Positions 12,181-23,510 of a stretch of 64,000 bases of DNA are shown piece after piece. Position 1 is the first letter of the stretch. Each line of letters starts with the position of its first letter. The DNA comes from Zootoca vivipara (Eukaryota), in the NCBI RefSeq assembly GCF_963506605.1, contig NC_083294.1, positions 1,674,001-1,738,000 on the forward strand. The letters are read 5' to 3'. The notes under the pieces are model-generated. The model worked only from the letters and a program-made list of their open reading frames with translations. It was not told the origin of the DNA and ran no database searches. The position numbers and the translations under genes are program-made.

Positions 12181-13118
12181 TCGGGGACCCTCAATGGGTT
12201 GGGACAGGGTGGCGGGATTTACCAGAACGCCCTTGGGGGACTGTGAAACAGGAGGCTAGGGGGGCCTTCTCTACTTTAACTACAACCCTCCTATCTGTGT
12301 CTAATCTACAAACGAAACGTACATCCATTCTTAGCCTCAGCCACAGCAACGCTAGTCAGAAAATAAAAATACTTTGGCCAACAAAGTTAGCAAGATTTCA
12401 GTAAAAGGGGAAATATTGCAATTCTGCCCCTTCATCCAGCCCATTCGAAGTGGAACAGCTTCTGCTTTGCCCAAAAGGAAGGTGGGCTCTAATAATGCAG
12501 AAAGTGAACACGGTCACATGAACGGAACCCCAGTACTTGGAGCTGTTCCATTGTTACAGCATACCGTAGTGTCTAGACTAAATGCCCCCAGTCTTATTCT
12601 TAGAGGGCTACAGTTTGGAGGATGTCATTTGAACAGGGCAACATACGATATACCAATTTACATGGTAGCCTGAACATGAAGAGCAAGTCAATAATCCTCT
12701 TAATAGAAGCCTGCTAATTTTGCTACAGCTGTTTTGTTTTGCTAACTTTGGAAAACTTGTCATCAGGCACCTTTCCTTGTTTTCTGCTGTCTTTTTTAAA
12801 TGCAGTTTTTTTTAAAAAAATCAGAATAGGTGGGGTGGGGAACCTGAGACCCTCCAGATGCCCATCTCATATCACTCCCAGCCAGCATGGCCAGTGGTCA
12901 AGGGTAATGGGATTGGAATCCAGCAACATAAGGAGTGCCAAAGGTTCCCTGTTTCCCCTTCAAACTCAGGTTTAAACAATGAAATTGACTGGCAGAAGGA
13001 TGGGGCGAAAATCTTCATGCAATTCACCCTAACACCACAAGATGTTTTAACAAGGGGGTCATTTTCTACAAAATTGTTGGAAGATGAAGAAATATCAACT
13101 CAACTCTGACTGCCTCAC

Positions 13119-13289
13119 CTCATTCTTCAAGGTGCCCACCACGTTCATTAAGCTCCCTATCTTCTTCTCGTACTTGTCCATTTTGCAGTGAATGGCGTCC
13201 TCCTCGTCTGTTGAAAGATCACTCAAGCGGAGCACTGACAGTAACTTATCTGAATCTGGAGGAGTTATTTCCAGGCGATGGGTTGGTCC
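13119..13289 (-). CDS. ODF2: ODF2 coding exon
   Basis: GPTHRLEITPPDSDKLLSVLRLSDLSTDEEDAIHCKMDKYEKKIGSLMNVVGTLKNE; 171 nt. Confidence 0.95.
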
Positions 13290-13727
13290 CTGATTGAGGA
13301 GGATAGGACAGAGGCTATTATTTTGCTTCTTACACCTTTCCTCTCGAGAGGATTTTTTTAAAACAACAACAAACTATTCTTTAAAACCTGTTTTTAAAAA
13401 ATCATTCTACAAACAGTTAAAAACATCATGATCTCGGGGATGCCCGGAAAACTGTCATTCAGCCATCAAACTCCCGGGGTAAAGAGGAATGATTGCTCTT
13501 TTAGGTCCTTGATCCCAATCCATTCAGGATTATATATGCTGGTACTAACACCATGAATTGAGCTCGGTCGCTCACCAGCAGCCAATGCAGTGCTTTCTGG
13601 ACCAGTGGCATATGGTTTCAAGGGGCTGCCCCACTTACTACCCAGCAGCTGTATTCTGCACCACCCTCCACGCTGTCCTCAAGGGCAGCCCCACAATTTA
13701 ACTAGCTATTAACAGACAGGTCCTCAG

Positions 13728-14061
13728 CCTTCCCTCGCCAGGCGCCAAGCAAGCTGGGGCACCAGCAGCTCTACAGGAGCCAGGGATCCCGGTTCTGCCA
13801 CGTGTGCTCCAAACGCCACAACCTCATCCGCAAGTACGGGCTCAACATGTGCCAACAGTGCTTCCGCCAGTACGCCAAGGACACCGGCTCCATCAAGCTG
13901 GATTAAACAACTGTCCACCCACAGAGATGGCCTGAAGAGGACGGCAAACATGGAAGCTGCTTCGGCCGGATGAGACCCTCTTGCCGCACATAAAATGCTT
14001 TTGTCTCCAGAAAAATAAAAAATAGGGACTTGTTGGCCCGGATTCTCAAAAACAAAAAACA
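13728..14061 (+). pseudogene. RPS29: RPS29 processed retrocopy in an ODF2 intron
   Basis: 13754-13906 reads (CTG)[49 protein letters not shown]; intronless; pyrimidine-rich 5' end, AATAAA ~14013, A-rich tail, 17-bp TSD aacagacaggtcctcag at 13711-13727 and 14062-14078. Confidence 0.96.
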
Positions 14062-14239
14062 AACAGACAGGTCCTCAGTTATTTTGTCTGATGACTTTTT
14101 AATTAGGTGTCATGCCACGTTGCTCACTCTTCCAGGACTGTACCGAAGAAGAGAATATGAGTCAGTCTCCCATCTCCATTGTTAAAGGGAAATGCTGAAC
14201 TGGAAGATTACTTCACTCAAGTAGATGTGTTCAACTCCG

Positions 14240-16320
14240 CACGCATCTGGCTGGGTTTCCCCAGACAGTCTGGGTGGCTTACAGCGTATATAAAAACATA
14301 AACATCAAGCGCTAAAAACCTCCCAATACAGGGCTGCCTTCAGGTGTCTTCTAAAAGTTGTGTAATTCTTTATCTCCTTGACATCTGAAGGGAGGGCGTT
14401 CCCCAAGGTGGGTGCCATTACTGAGAAGACCCTCTGCCTGGAACAAGCAGAAGACCCTTGGAGGAGGACCTCAGTGTCCGGGTTGAGCAGTGGAGGGGGG
14501 GGGGAGAGACACTCCTTCAGGTATACTGTGTCAAGGTGGTTTAGGGCTTTCAAGGTCAGCACCAACACTTTGAACTGCACTTAGAAACGCACTGGGAGCC
14601 AATGAAGATCCTTTAGGACTGGTGTTATATGGTCCCGGTGGCCGCTCCCATTCACCAGTCTAGAAGTCGCATTTTGGATTAGTTGCAGTTTCTGGCTCAC
14701 CTTCAAAGGTAGCCCCACGTAGAGCGCATTGCAGTAGTCCAAGTGGGAGATAACCAGAGCATGTACCACTCTGGCGAGACAGTCTGCAGGCAGGTAGGGT
14801 CTCAGCCTGCGTACCAGATGGAGCTGGTAGACAGCCGCCCAGGACACAGAATTGACCTGTGCCTCCATGGACAGCTGTGAGTCCAGCATGACTCCCAGGC
14901 TGCGCACCTGGTCCTTCAGGGGCATGATTACCCCATTTAGGACCAGGGAGTCCTCCACACCCACCCTCCTATTGTCCTCCAAAACAGTACTTCTGTCTTG
15001 TCAGGATTCATCCTCAATCTGTTAGCTGCCATCCATCCGCCAACCACCTCCAGACACTCACACGGACCTTAACTGTCCTCACTGGTTCTGATTTGAAGGA
15101 GAGGTAGAGCTGGGTATAATCCGCATACTGATGAACACCCAGCCCAAACCCCCTGATGATCTCTCCCAGCGGCTGCATGTAATTATAAAAAGCATGGGGG
15201 AGAGGACAGAGCCCTGAGGCACCCCACAAGTGAGAAGCCAGGAGTCTGAACACTCATCTCCCCACACCACTTTCTGGAAGGAACGGAACCACTGCATAAC
15301 ACTGCCCACAGCTCACAGCTCCTCTGGACGGTCCAGGAGGATGTCATGGTTGATATCAAAGGTCACTGAGAGACCCAGCAGGACCGGGAAACAGCTTTCA
15401 CCTCTGTCCTTAGCCCACTGGAGATCATTGACCAGTGAGACCAAGGCCGTTTCAGTCGCATATGAGGCCTGAATCCCAACTGGAAGGGGTCTAAATGGTC
15501 TGCATCCTCCAGGCATGCCTGGAGTTGTTCAGAGACCACCCATTGCTCAGCAACCACCTTGCCCAAGAATGAAAGATTTGAAACTCGGCAATAGTCATAT
15601 TGGCCAGATCCAAGGATGGTTTTTTTAAAGAAGCGTTTAATAACCACCTCTTTCCGTGGGTCTCAGAAGGCTCCCTCACAGAGGGAAGCATTCACCACCA
15701 CCAGAGCCCATCGCCCAGCCCTTCCTGGCTCACTTTTATTAGCCAGGATGGGCAAGGATCAAGGAGACAGGTGGTCGGTTTCACTCATCCAAGCAGCCTG
15801 CCCACATCCTCGGAGGTAACAGATTGGAACTGATCCCATGCAACTTTAGCACTCTCCTGGAGTCTACCTCTTTCCAAATGTGAGTGACTTTATCTGCAAA
15901 GAATTTAGCAAAATCATTGCAGGAGATCTTGGGTTCCTCACCAGGCCGCAATGGTGAAGGAGGTTGTTAGATTGGTAGGCTCAGCGTTGAGCTCTAACTT
16001 GTTTCTGGTCCAATTCAGAATAAGTTTTCCGCCACCAGCGCTCTAGCTGTCTCAGCAATTGTTTCATTGCCCTCAGCTCCGAGGAAAACCATGGGGCTGT
16101 CCAGGATCCATGCAATCAGAGAGGGCGCTTCAGAGCCAAACAGTTGACAGGCCTGCTTAACTCCGCATTCCAGCAGACCCACCAGGGAATCAGCTAAAAG
16201 GCCATAAACATGGGATAAAACATCCCCTACCACTCCCTGGAAACGCTCTGGATCCATTACGTGGCAGAGCTGGACCATTTGAATGAGTCCCATCTCCCTT
16301 CAGAGGGGAAGGGTCACAGA
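14240..16320 (-). mobile_element. L2 LINE, degenerate RT region and 3' end
   Basis: Frameshifted ORFs with GVPQGSVLSP, QYADYTQLY, LGVMLDSQL, LDYCNALYVGLP, HITPVLKDLHWLP. Confidence 0.9.
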
Positions 16321-17894
16321 GAAGTCTATCATTTTCATTTTACAATAAGAACACTGAATGATGATCTAAATATCAAATACACATTTAATTCTGACTTCCC
16401 CCTGCCCTTTCCACGGTTCATTTCATGATTTTCTTTTCCATTACATATTCTAATTAATCTCGTTTTCTATATCTCAATAGTTATTACTGCTGAATTTACT
16501 CGGTTACTGCTAACTTTTTAATCCCAAGCATGGTGCAAGAGGAGCAGATGGAACACAGAAGTTCCACGTCTGAACCAAAGTCTTCAAGATTATGGTGGCT
16601 GTCCCAAACCTTCATCTCCTTTACACTGCACAAGGGAAAGGGAATGCCCCATCACAATACAATAATTTTTTCATACCAAAGCATTTGCATTGAAGATTCA
16701 CCATCCTTTGTCCCAAAATATAGACCTAGACCCCCAAATTGCCACACAGTTCCATTGTCTTTTCACGATCCTCAAACCAAAAACCCATGGACCAAAATAA
16801 ATGGATCTTATTCTTAGCCATTAATGATCCCTGCGGTCGTATACCACAGGAAGTTACAACCCAAATGATTCATTTTACTTGGTTTTTTGTTCTATATATT
16901 AAAAACAAGAACAACACTTTCATAAAAGCAAACATCTTTTTTAAAAACCCAAGGCTCATTCCCAAGCTCTTTCTGGGGGAAATCCTGGGGGTGGGTACAT
17001 ATAGCTTATGAGCATGGGAAGCCAGAGAATCAACTAGATGCTGGGCAAAAACATTCCTCTATAACCAGGCGTTTGGCAGATTAAACCATTCACGGCCTTT
17101 TAAACAGGGCAATGGTGGGAAGTTATTGTTTTCGTTTCTTATGTATTTTTGTTTTTATACGGTAAACCGCCCTATGATCCTTGGATGGAGGGCAGTATAA
17201 TTTTTTTAAATAAATAATAACTGTTGGCAAGGTGGCCAACATGAAAAGCTGCCTTATACAGAGAAAGACAGTTGGTCCATCTAGCTCAGAACTTCCCAAC
17301 GTGCTCTATAACCAGTGTGTCATGGCACCCTGGAGTGCCTTGAATGATGGTCAGGGGTTTCGCAGGCAACACTGGCCTCTCTCCCTCTTTTCTTTCCTTC
17401 CCTACCTTTTCTGATGCCCAAAGACTTGCACAGACAAGTGGGAGGCCAGGCAGGCATTGCGCTGGCCTTTGTTGTGCTTGCTGTGTGCAGCGCCTGCCTG
17501 GGAGCTGAGTGCCCAACGCCAAAGGTGAGCCTTTTTGCCATGCAGGTCCAGCGGCACCTGCTACTGCCACTGCTGTCTTCCAAGGTAAGGCGCTGGCCTC
17601 ACATTCACTTTGGCCAGTCTCCAAGGGGCAAGGGGTGACGTAACTGGACTTCTGAGGCTCTGAGCATGTTTCCCCATAGGGGAGCCGCATAAAGAATGTG
17701 GTTGGTCAAGAGAGCCATGAACTCAAAAAGGTTGAAAACCTCTGCTCTACAGGATTTCAGCCAGGAATGCTTCAGCACACCTGGGACCTTCCGCACACGA
17801 AGAATGTGCTCTATGACTGAGCATCAGCTTCTTTCCAGTTCAGCTTCTGAAAAGGCCCATTATTAGGCTGCAAAAGAAACAGCAGCTGTCCTAC

Positions 17895-18020
17895 CTCCCA
17901 CTTGTATGATGAATCTCGGCAAGATGTTTTGCCTGGGGGCATCCAGGGGACTTTGGTTTTTACTCGGACACTGCGGCGCACATTCACGGTATCCCCTTTC
18001 ATTTTCTGCTTGTGCTTTTG
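17895..18020 (-). CDS. ODF2: ODF2 coding exon
   Basis: QKHKQKMKGDTVNVRRSVRVKTKVPWMPPGKTSCRDSSYKWE, the hallmark ODF2 N-terminal motif. Confidence 0.96.
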
Positions 18021-19363
18021 CTGTGAGGATGGGAGAGCAGAGAGGGGGAGAGGAAGAGAGAGAGAGAAGCAGCATACTGTTTTAGTTGCCCAAAACACTT
18101 GCTGAGATTACTTCCACCCCTAAAATTTGTGCAACGAAACTGGAAGCCCCCAACAAAATTATTCCAACAAACTGTACCACGGAAAAGGCTTCACATTCTA
18201 CATCACAGTGAAGTCTCAGTAACCATGCTCAGGAAAAAGAAATATAGGTACCGCATAGCTAGGAGTATGGCACCCCTGAAAGCAGCTTTAATCTTTGTCA
18301 GTCAGGATCATTATGACATCATCATGTCTCTTAGTCTCTTATGATGCAAGGTGGGCCTTAGTTACCCTGGGAAGATTAGATCTAGTGTATGGTAGGAAAG
18401 ATTTAGGTCACAGCTGCAGCAAAGGACTGATTGTGAATCTGATCCCAGGGCCACCTACTACAGGACTTACCAGGAACCTGAAGCTGCTCAATGGGTAGGC
18501 TGCAATACATCTTTGAAAGTGGCCTTTACTGCTGAAAGGCCTCGGGCCAAAACGCATGTATGGAGACAACAGAATCGCAGACAAGACACCAACTCTTGGA
18601 AAGATAATGAGAAGGTGTTTCACACGACTAGATGGAATTACAGTTCTCCTGTGGCCCACAATATTTGTTAAGAAAGATTCAACAAGATGCTTTGGGCATG
18701 GGAATGTGCTAAAATTGAAAGGGCATTAAACTCAACTCAACTTCACCCATTTTGGCAGCTCTGTTAATTAAAGCCCACAACATACACACATTTAACTTGT
18801 GCATGTTCAACTTTACACACACGGGGAGGGGGGGAATAAATTAAATTTAAAGGGGGCAGAACGTGGGTGGGGTTCCAGGGAAAATGACTTTGGTAATCCC
18901 ACCCATCATTGAACCTAATGGGTTTTGACTATACACAATTTTGACTTTAGGTGTGATCCACAGAACGTAACCCCGCACCTAAGTTCCGGGCTTACTGTTT
19001 TTGATTAATTAGCTGCTCTTCAGCTGCAGGGTGTAACGTTTTTAAGGAATTATACAATTTTCGTTCTCCATGGTAAGAATGCATGGATTCCACTGTTTCT
19101 GCTGGTTTGGAATACCCAAGTTGCCAAACAGTGGATGGTTTACTGGGCATGAGTTCATTGCACCCACTATTCCTCTCCCCACAAGCATTAGGGAGAAACA
19201 AATCAATAGCTCAGCATTAGTTGAACCAGCTTTCTTGATTTGTTTTGCTCTCCATAAATCTTGATGGATAAGGCCAAGGTTTCTTCTTAGCTTACTGTCA
19301 TTTGTTTGAGCAATGGAAACCACCATCCCTGGAAAGAAACAGTTTGCTTTTTTTCATGCACTT

Positions 19364-19495
19364 GGTAAAGGTAAGGACCCCTAGACGGTTAAGTTAAGTA
19401 GCGCTCGGCTCACTTTTCAGGCTGAGGGAGCCAGAGTTTGTCTGCAGACAGCTTTCTGGGTCAAGTGGCCAGCATGACTAAACCACTGCTGGTGC
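19364..19495 (-). mobile_element. Sauria SINE 3' fragment
   Basis: ggtaaaggtaaggacccct...gtggccagcatgactaa, similar to the 6704 copy. Confidence 0.65.
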
Positions 19496-19972
19496 AGAGG
19501 ACTGTGCTCTAGCAAAGAGGAGCAAAACAAACCAAATTCGGTTTACCATGAAATGTGAACTGGAGAAATATGTTAATTTCAGCAGAGTTTTGAAAAATCC
19601 CCTTCCTGTCATGACATTTGCCATCCTAACCCCCCCCCCGGCAATTATTTCCTTGATTAATGTATAAGACTTCAAATATAATTTGGTATTAATGGGAAGA
19701 AGTGGTATTGATTTTGAAGGAAGCACTAAACAAAAACAGTCTTTCAGCAGGAAGATATGGCACCCATGAACACAAGCCAGAGCAGTAAAAAAAAATATGC
19801 CAATTTTCTACATCTACACATTTGTGACAAGAGATGCAAAGTAAAGCAAACAAACCATTTGGGCCTGCTCTTCTTTTGCAAGGTAGGAAGAGGGATGGGT
19901 TTTCACTGGTGCTTCTGGGGGCTGGGGCTTTCATGATAGAGCCCCTACAAACACCCAGCTGCACACTCATAC

Positions 19973-20083
19973 CTGGGATTTTGCAGGTGGTGGTGTTTTC
20001 TGACCCTTTTTAATATGGACATGGACAGGGGTATTTTCATCCACATGGACGTGCAAAGGGGGAGTTGTGGAGCGGCTCTTCAT
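19973..20083 (-). CDS. ODF2: ODF2 cenexin-type start exon (exon begins at 20099, ATG at 20083)
   Basis: MKSRSTTPPLHVHVDENTPVHVHIKKGQKTPPPAKSQ, matching the cenexin N-terminus MKDRSSTPPLHVHVDENTPVHVHIKK. Confidence 0.95.
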
Positions 20084-20706
20084 GGTTCTTCTCCGATAAC
20101 TGGGAAAGGGCATTCAATACAATGGAAAAAGGACCTGTGAATAAGTAGACCGGAAATAACAACTGTTCCTTGGACCCAAGTTTTTTTATATTTAAAAAAA
20201 CCAGGACGTGTAGCTCTCTTGGGTAGGAACATGCAACTGCTTTGAAGCCCACTTGATCACGTAGCCATCTGGCCAATGTACAAAGGAATTTAAAACAAGT
20301 TTAAAGGGAGTCTGGAAACTGTGGCTTTAAAAAAAATGTTATATGTGTCACTTAACTGTGATTGTTTAAATATGGTTTGTTTTAACAAGTCACCTCCATG
20401 GTTTGAAGTTGACTAATTCTGAACAAGCCATAGTTGAAATTCTCCAGAGTTTGTTAGTTCAGATGACAAATCAAGCTGCAGAAGCTTCCAAATTCCTAGA
20501 CGAGAAGGCAGGGGAGCATGCAAGTCTCAGGCTCACTGCTGCTTATTCTCATGATGCAAAAGCAGCTGTGGGGAACCTCTATCCCTTCAGATGTAGCTGA
20601 ACTATAACTCCTATAATCCCTGGCCGTTTTTACTGGGGCCGTTGGGAGTTGTAATTCAGCAATGTCTGGAGGAATGAAAGCTCCCACCCCATGCTAAGGT
20701 TTAACA

Positions 20707-20842
20707 CAGGCATCCCCAAACTGCGGCCCTCCAGATGTTTTGGCCTACAACTCCCATGATCCCTAGCTAACAGGACCAGTGGTCAGGGATGATGGGAATT
20801 GTAGTCCAAAACATCTGGAGGGCCGAAGTTTGGGGATGCCTG
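20707..20842. mobile_element. Palindromic hAT (Buster-type) MITE
   Basis: TIR caggcatccccaaact; 8-bp TSD gtttaaca. Confidence 0.9.
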
Positions 20843-21374
20843 GTTTAACAGCTAAACTACATTGCCTCCAAACCAGATCAATGTATCCAAAGAGCATATT
20901 ATGATCTTGTGCAGTGTGTCTAAGAGATTTTAAGAATATGCTAATCAAGCAACTGTGCATGCTCCAGCTCATCTTCATTTCATTTTTTTAAAAAACTACT
21001 CAATAAAACACTCTGGAATACAGACAATAAACTAAATACCCCTTATTTTTCTAGGATTAACCTAAAACATTGTATTTCAACTATGAGTGCATGCCTGGAA
21101 TAGAAACTCTGTATATAAAAACTCTTTACATCTTAAACTATATAACTTACCTCAATACATACCTGGCATTTTGTCCAAGTTCACAAAGTGTAAATGCTGC
21201 TCTCTGCCTCCATTTAATGACTGCTAGAGTGTTTTGATAACTTCCCTAGTGACCATCCATGAATACATATAGCCTAGCATACATCCTGTTCTTGCTGCCC
21301 TCATCATGTGGAGACAACCCCCTCTTAAAAGTTTGCACTATGGCTAACTTATGCTATGTGGTACAGTTACATAC

Positions 21375-21453
21375 AGTTAGGAGAGTGTCAGATTCTGGTG
21401 ATCCGTTTTTTTGAGTCGTGACAATTACTCCACTCCTGAAAGAAGGGGAAAAC
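21375..21453 (-). CDS. ODF2: Probable alternative ODF2 N-terminal exon
   Basis: Strong acceptor ttcattttattttctag; reads FSPSFRSGVIVTTQKNGSPESDTLLT, resembling the mammalian alternative N-terminus RFPSCGKNGVTSLTQKK; gtatgt donor in phase 0, compatible with the exon starting at 18020. Confidence 0.55.
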
Positions 21454-21660
21454 CTAGAAAATAAAATGAAGCCCCCAGTTTAAAACAGCAAGCATTCTTG
21501 TTTCCAGTACACAGCTACAGCATTGAATCCAGAACCAACTGACTGAACATTCATACTGTTATAACTGTGCTTCTCGCAAGCTACCCATTTATTAGCCTCA
21601 AGCCCAGATAGTTATATTTAGGCTGTTAGCACAGTCTGCTTTAGGTACCGACGACTAGTA

Positions 21661-21796
21661 CAGGCATCCCCAAACTTCGGTCCTCCAGATGTTTTGGCCT
21701 ACAACTCCCATAATCCCTAGCTAAGAGGACCAGTGGTCAGGGACGATGGGAATTGTAGTCCAAAACATCTGGAGTGCCAAAGTCTGGGGATGTCTG
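21661..21796. mobile_element. Palindromic hAT MITE, same family
   Basis: Same TIRs; TSD gactagta. Confidence 0.9.
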
Positions 21797-22357
21797 GACT
21801 AGTATATGCTTACCCCCAAAAAGGGCCTCTAGATGTTGCTGGACTACAACTCCCACAGTCAATAACCATTGCCCATGCTGTCCAAAGCTGAAAAGCTGGG
21901 AGTCCACAGCCTCCCCATCTCTTGAGAACTAACTCATGTACCACTCTTTTTCAATCTGCTGGCCTCTAGATGTTTTGGACTACAATTCCCATCAGCCATG
22001 TGTGCCCTTCCTGATACTATTGGACTACAATTCCCATCAGAGACAATATACAAGGCCAATTGTTAGTGAAGATGGGACTTGGAAGTCCCACAGCAGCTGA
22101 AGCAGTGGCCCCCACACTCTTTGCCCTCCCCCCCCCAAAGGATGACTTAGTTAGAAGTTGCTGGTGGTGTTGGCAGACCACTTATATGATTTATCTGGTT
22201 GCTGCAGCAATTGAAACCCACTTTGGTAGGTGCTTGGTGGTTTTGCATTTGCACCGTTCCTTTTCCTCTTCCGCCAGGAGCTCCCGCCTTGCCCTCACTC
22301 CCCACCCCGAGCAACGCTCCCAGCCACCGTTTCCTCAGCATCCTAACCCCGGCTCAC

Positions 22358-22580
22358 CATGGGGTTCTCAAGCGGCTTCGCAACCGCCGCCTCACGACGT
22401 CCTCAAAGCCGTGGATGAGGCGGCGGTAGCTGCAGAGGCTGCGGTTGCTGCTGCCATAGCTGCTGCCATGGAGACCTTGGCACCGTTGCGGCGCCGCCGC
22501 CGCCGCCGCGCGAGTGCAGGAAGTCCCACCGCAGCGGCACGGCCCCACCGACGAACAGCTGCCGCTCCAGGACGCGCAGA
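22358..22580 (-). other. ODF2: ODF2 putative first exon (5' end approximate)
   Basis: Consensus donor atg|gtgagc at 22358/22357 inside the CpG island, downstream of ETS/GC/CCAAT boxes. Confidence 0.65.
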
Positions 22581-22773
22581 CCGACTTCCGGCTCCGCCCC
22601 CGGCACGCCGCACGCCGCTCCCCCATTGGACGGTTCAAACCCCCGCCGCCGCCGCCCTCGTGACCCCCCCGATCGCCCGGCCGCCACAGGCGCTCTCTTT
22701 GGCGCTCGCGCGCACTCCTGGGCACAAGCCGGGGGCGCGCGTGGCGTCACAAGAGCCCCGCCTCCTCCTGTCG

Positions 22774-22787
22774 GTTGCCATGGGAAC
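22774..22787. promoter_or_regulatory. RFX X-box
   Basis: GTTGCCATGGGAAC, 13/14 match to the palindromic X-box GTTGCCATGGCAAC typical of ciliary gene promoters. Confidence 0.8.
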
Positions 22788-23282
22788 TGAGCGGCTTGCG
22801 TCCTGGGTTGGGACGCGCGCGAGATGAGGCCTGGAGACGTTGCCAACGGTTGTTGAGTTGGACTCCAACTCCCGTCAGCCCGCAGCCGGCGTGGCCAATG
22901 GTTAGGGCTGACGGGAATTCGAGTCCGGCAAAGCCCGGAAGTCCGCTATGGGGGTGGGTGAGGCCAGCTGGGCATGTATTCTGTATTCTGTATCTGTATT
23001 TAGATCGCTCTGCCGCCGCCGCCAGGGCAGCACTTGTGGTATTTTTAATCCGCACAACATCTTTGTGAGGTACGCCTGGTTTGGGAGAAGTGGTCATGCG
23101 CAGACCCACAGTACTTCATGGCTGAGTAAAGATTCAAACAGAGGTCTCCAGAATCACATGTGAATGCTCTCGCCTCTATGGCAGGCAGGCTGCCTCATTT
23201 TCTGAGCCAGTTCTCCAAAGAGCATAGTAACTGAAGAAGAGGACATGTGCTTTGGAGCACGTGTAGATGAGTCATCATCCAT

Positions 23283-23510
23283 CATAGAATCATACAGTTG
23301 AAAGGGACCTTGAGGATCATCTAGTCCAGGGTCACCCAAACAGGTCCTGCTAGGGAGGGATGATGGGAGTTGTAGTCCGGAAACAGGTGGGGACCCTAGT
23401 TTGGGAAACGTTGATCTAGTCCAACCCGCTTTATTGCAGGAATCTTTTACCCAAAGTGGGGCTTGAACCCACAACCCTCTCATTAAGAGTCCCATGCTCT
23501 ACCGACAGAG
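23283..23510 (-). mobile_element. CR1 3'-end fragment with an embedded MITE relic
   Basis: atcatagaatcata...gggaccttgaggatcatctagtcca, a CR1-type tail. Confidence 0.55.

Larger units (their letters stand above)
22260..23030 (-). promoter_or_regulatory. ODF2 CpG-island promoter
   Basis: High CpG density; ETS CCGGAAGT 22584-22591, GC box 22594-22599, CCAAT ~22625-22629, CRE-like TGGCGTCA 22742-22749. Confidence 0.85.

Noticed and set aside
22060-22827. 255-aa plus-strand ORF
   Set aside because: Ala/Arg/Pro-rich by-product of the GC-rich CpG island, antisense to ODF2 exon 1; no recognisable domain
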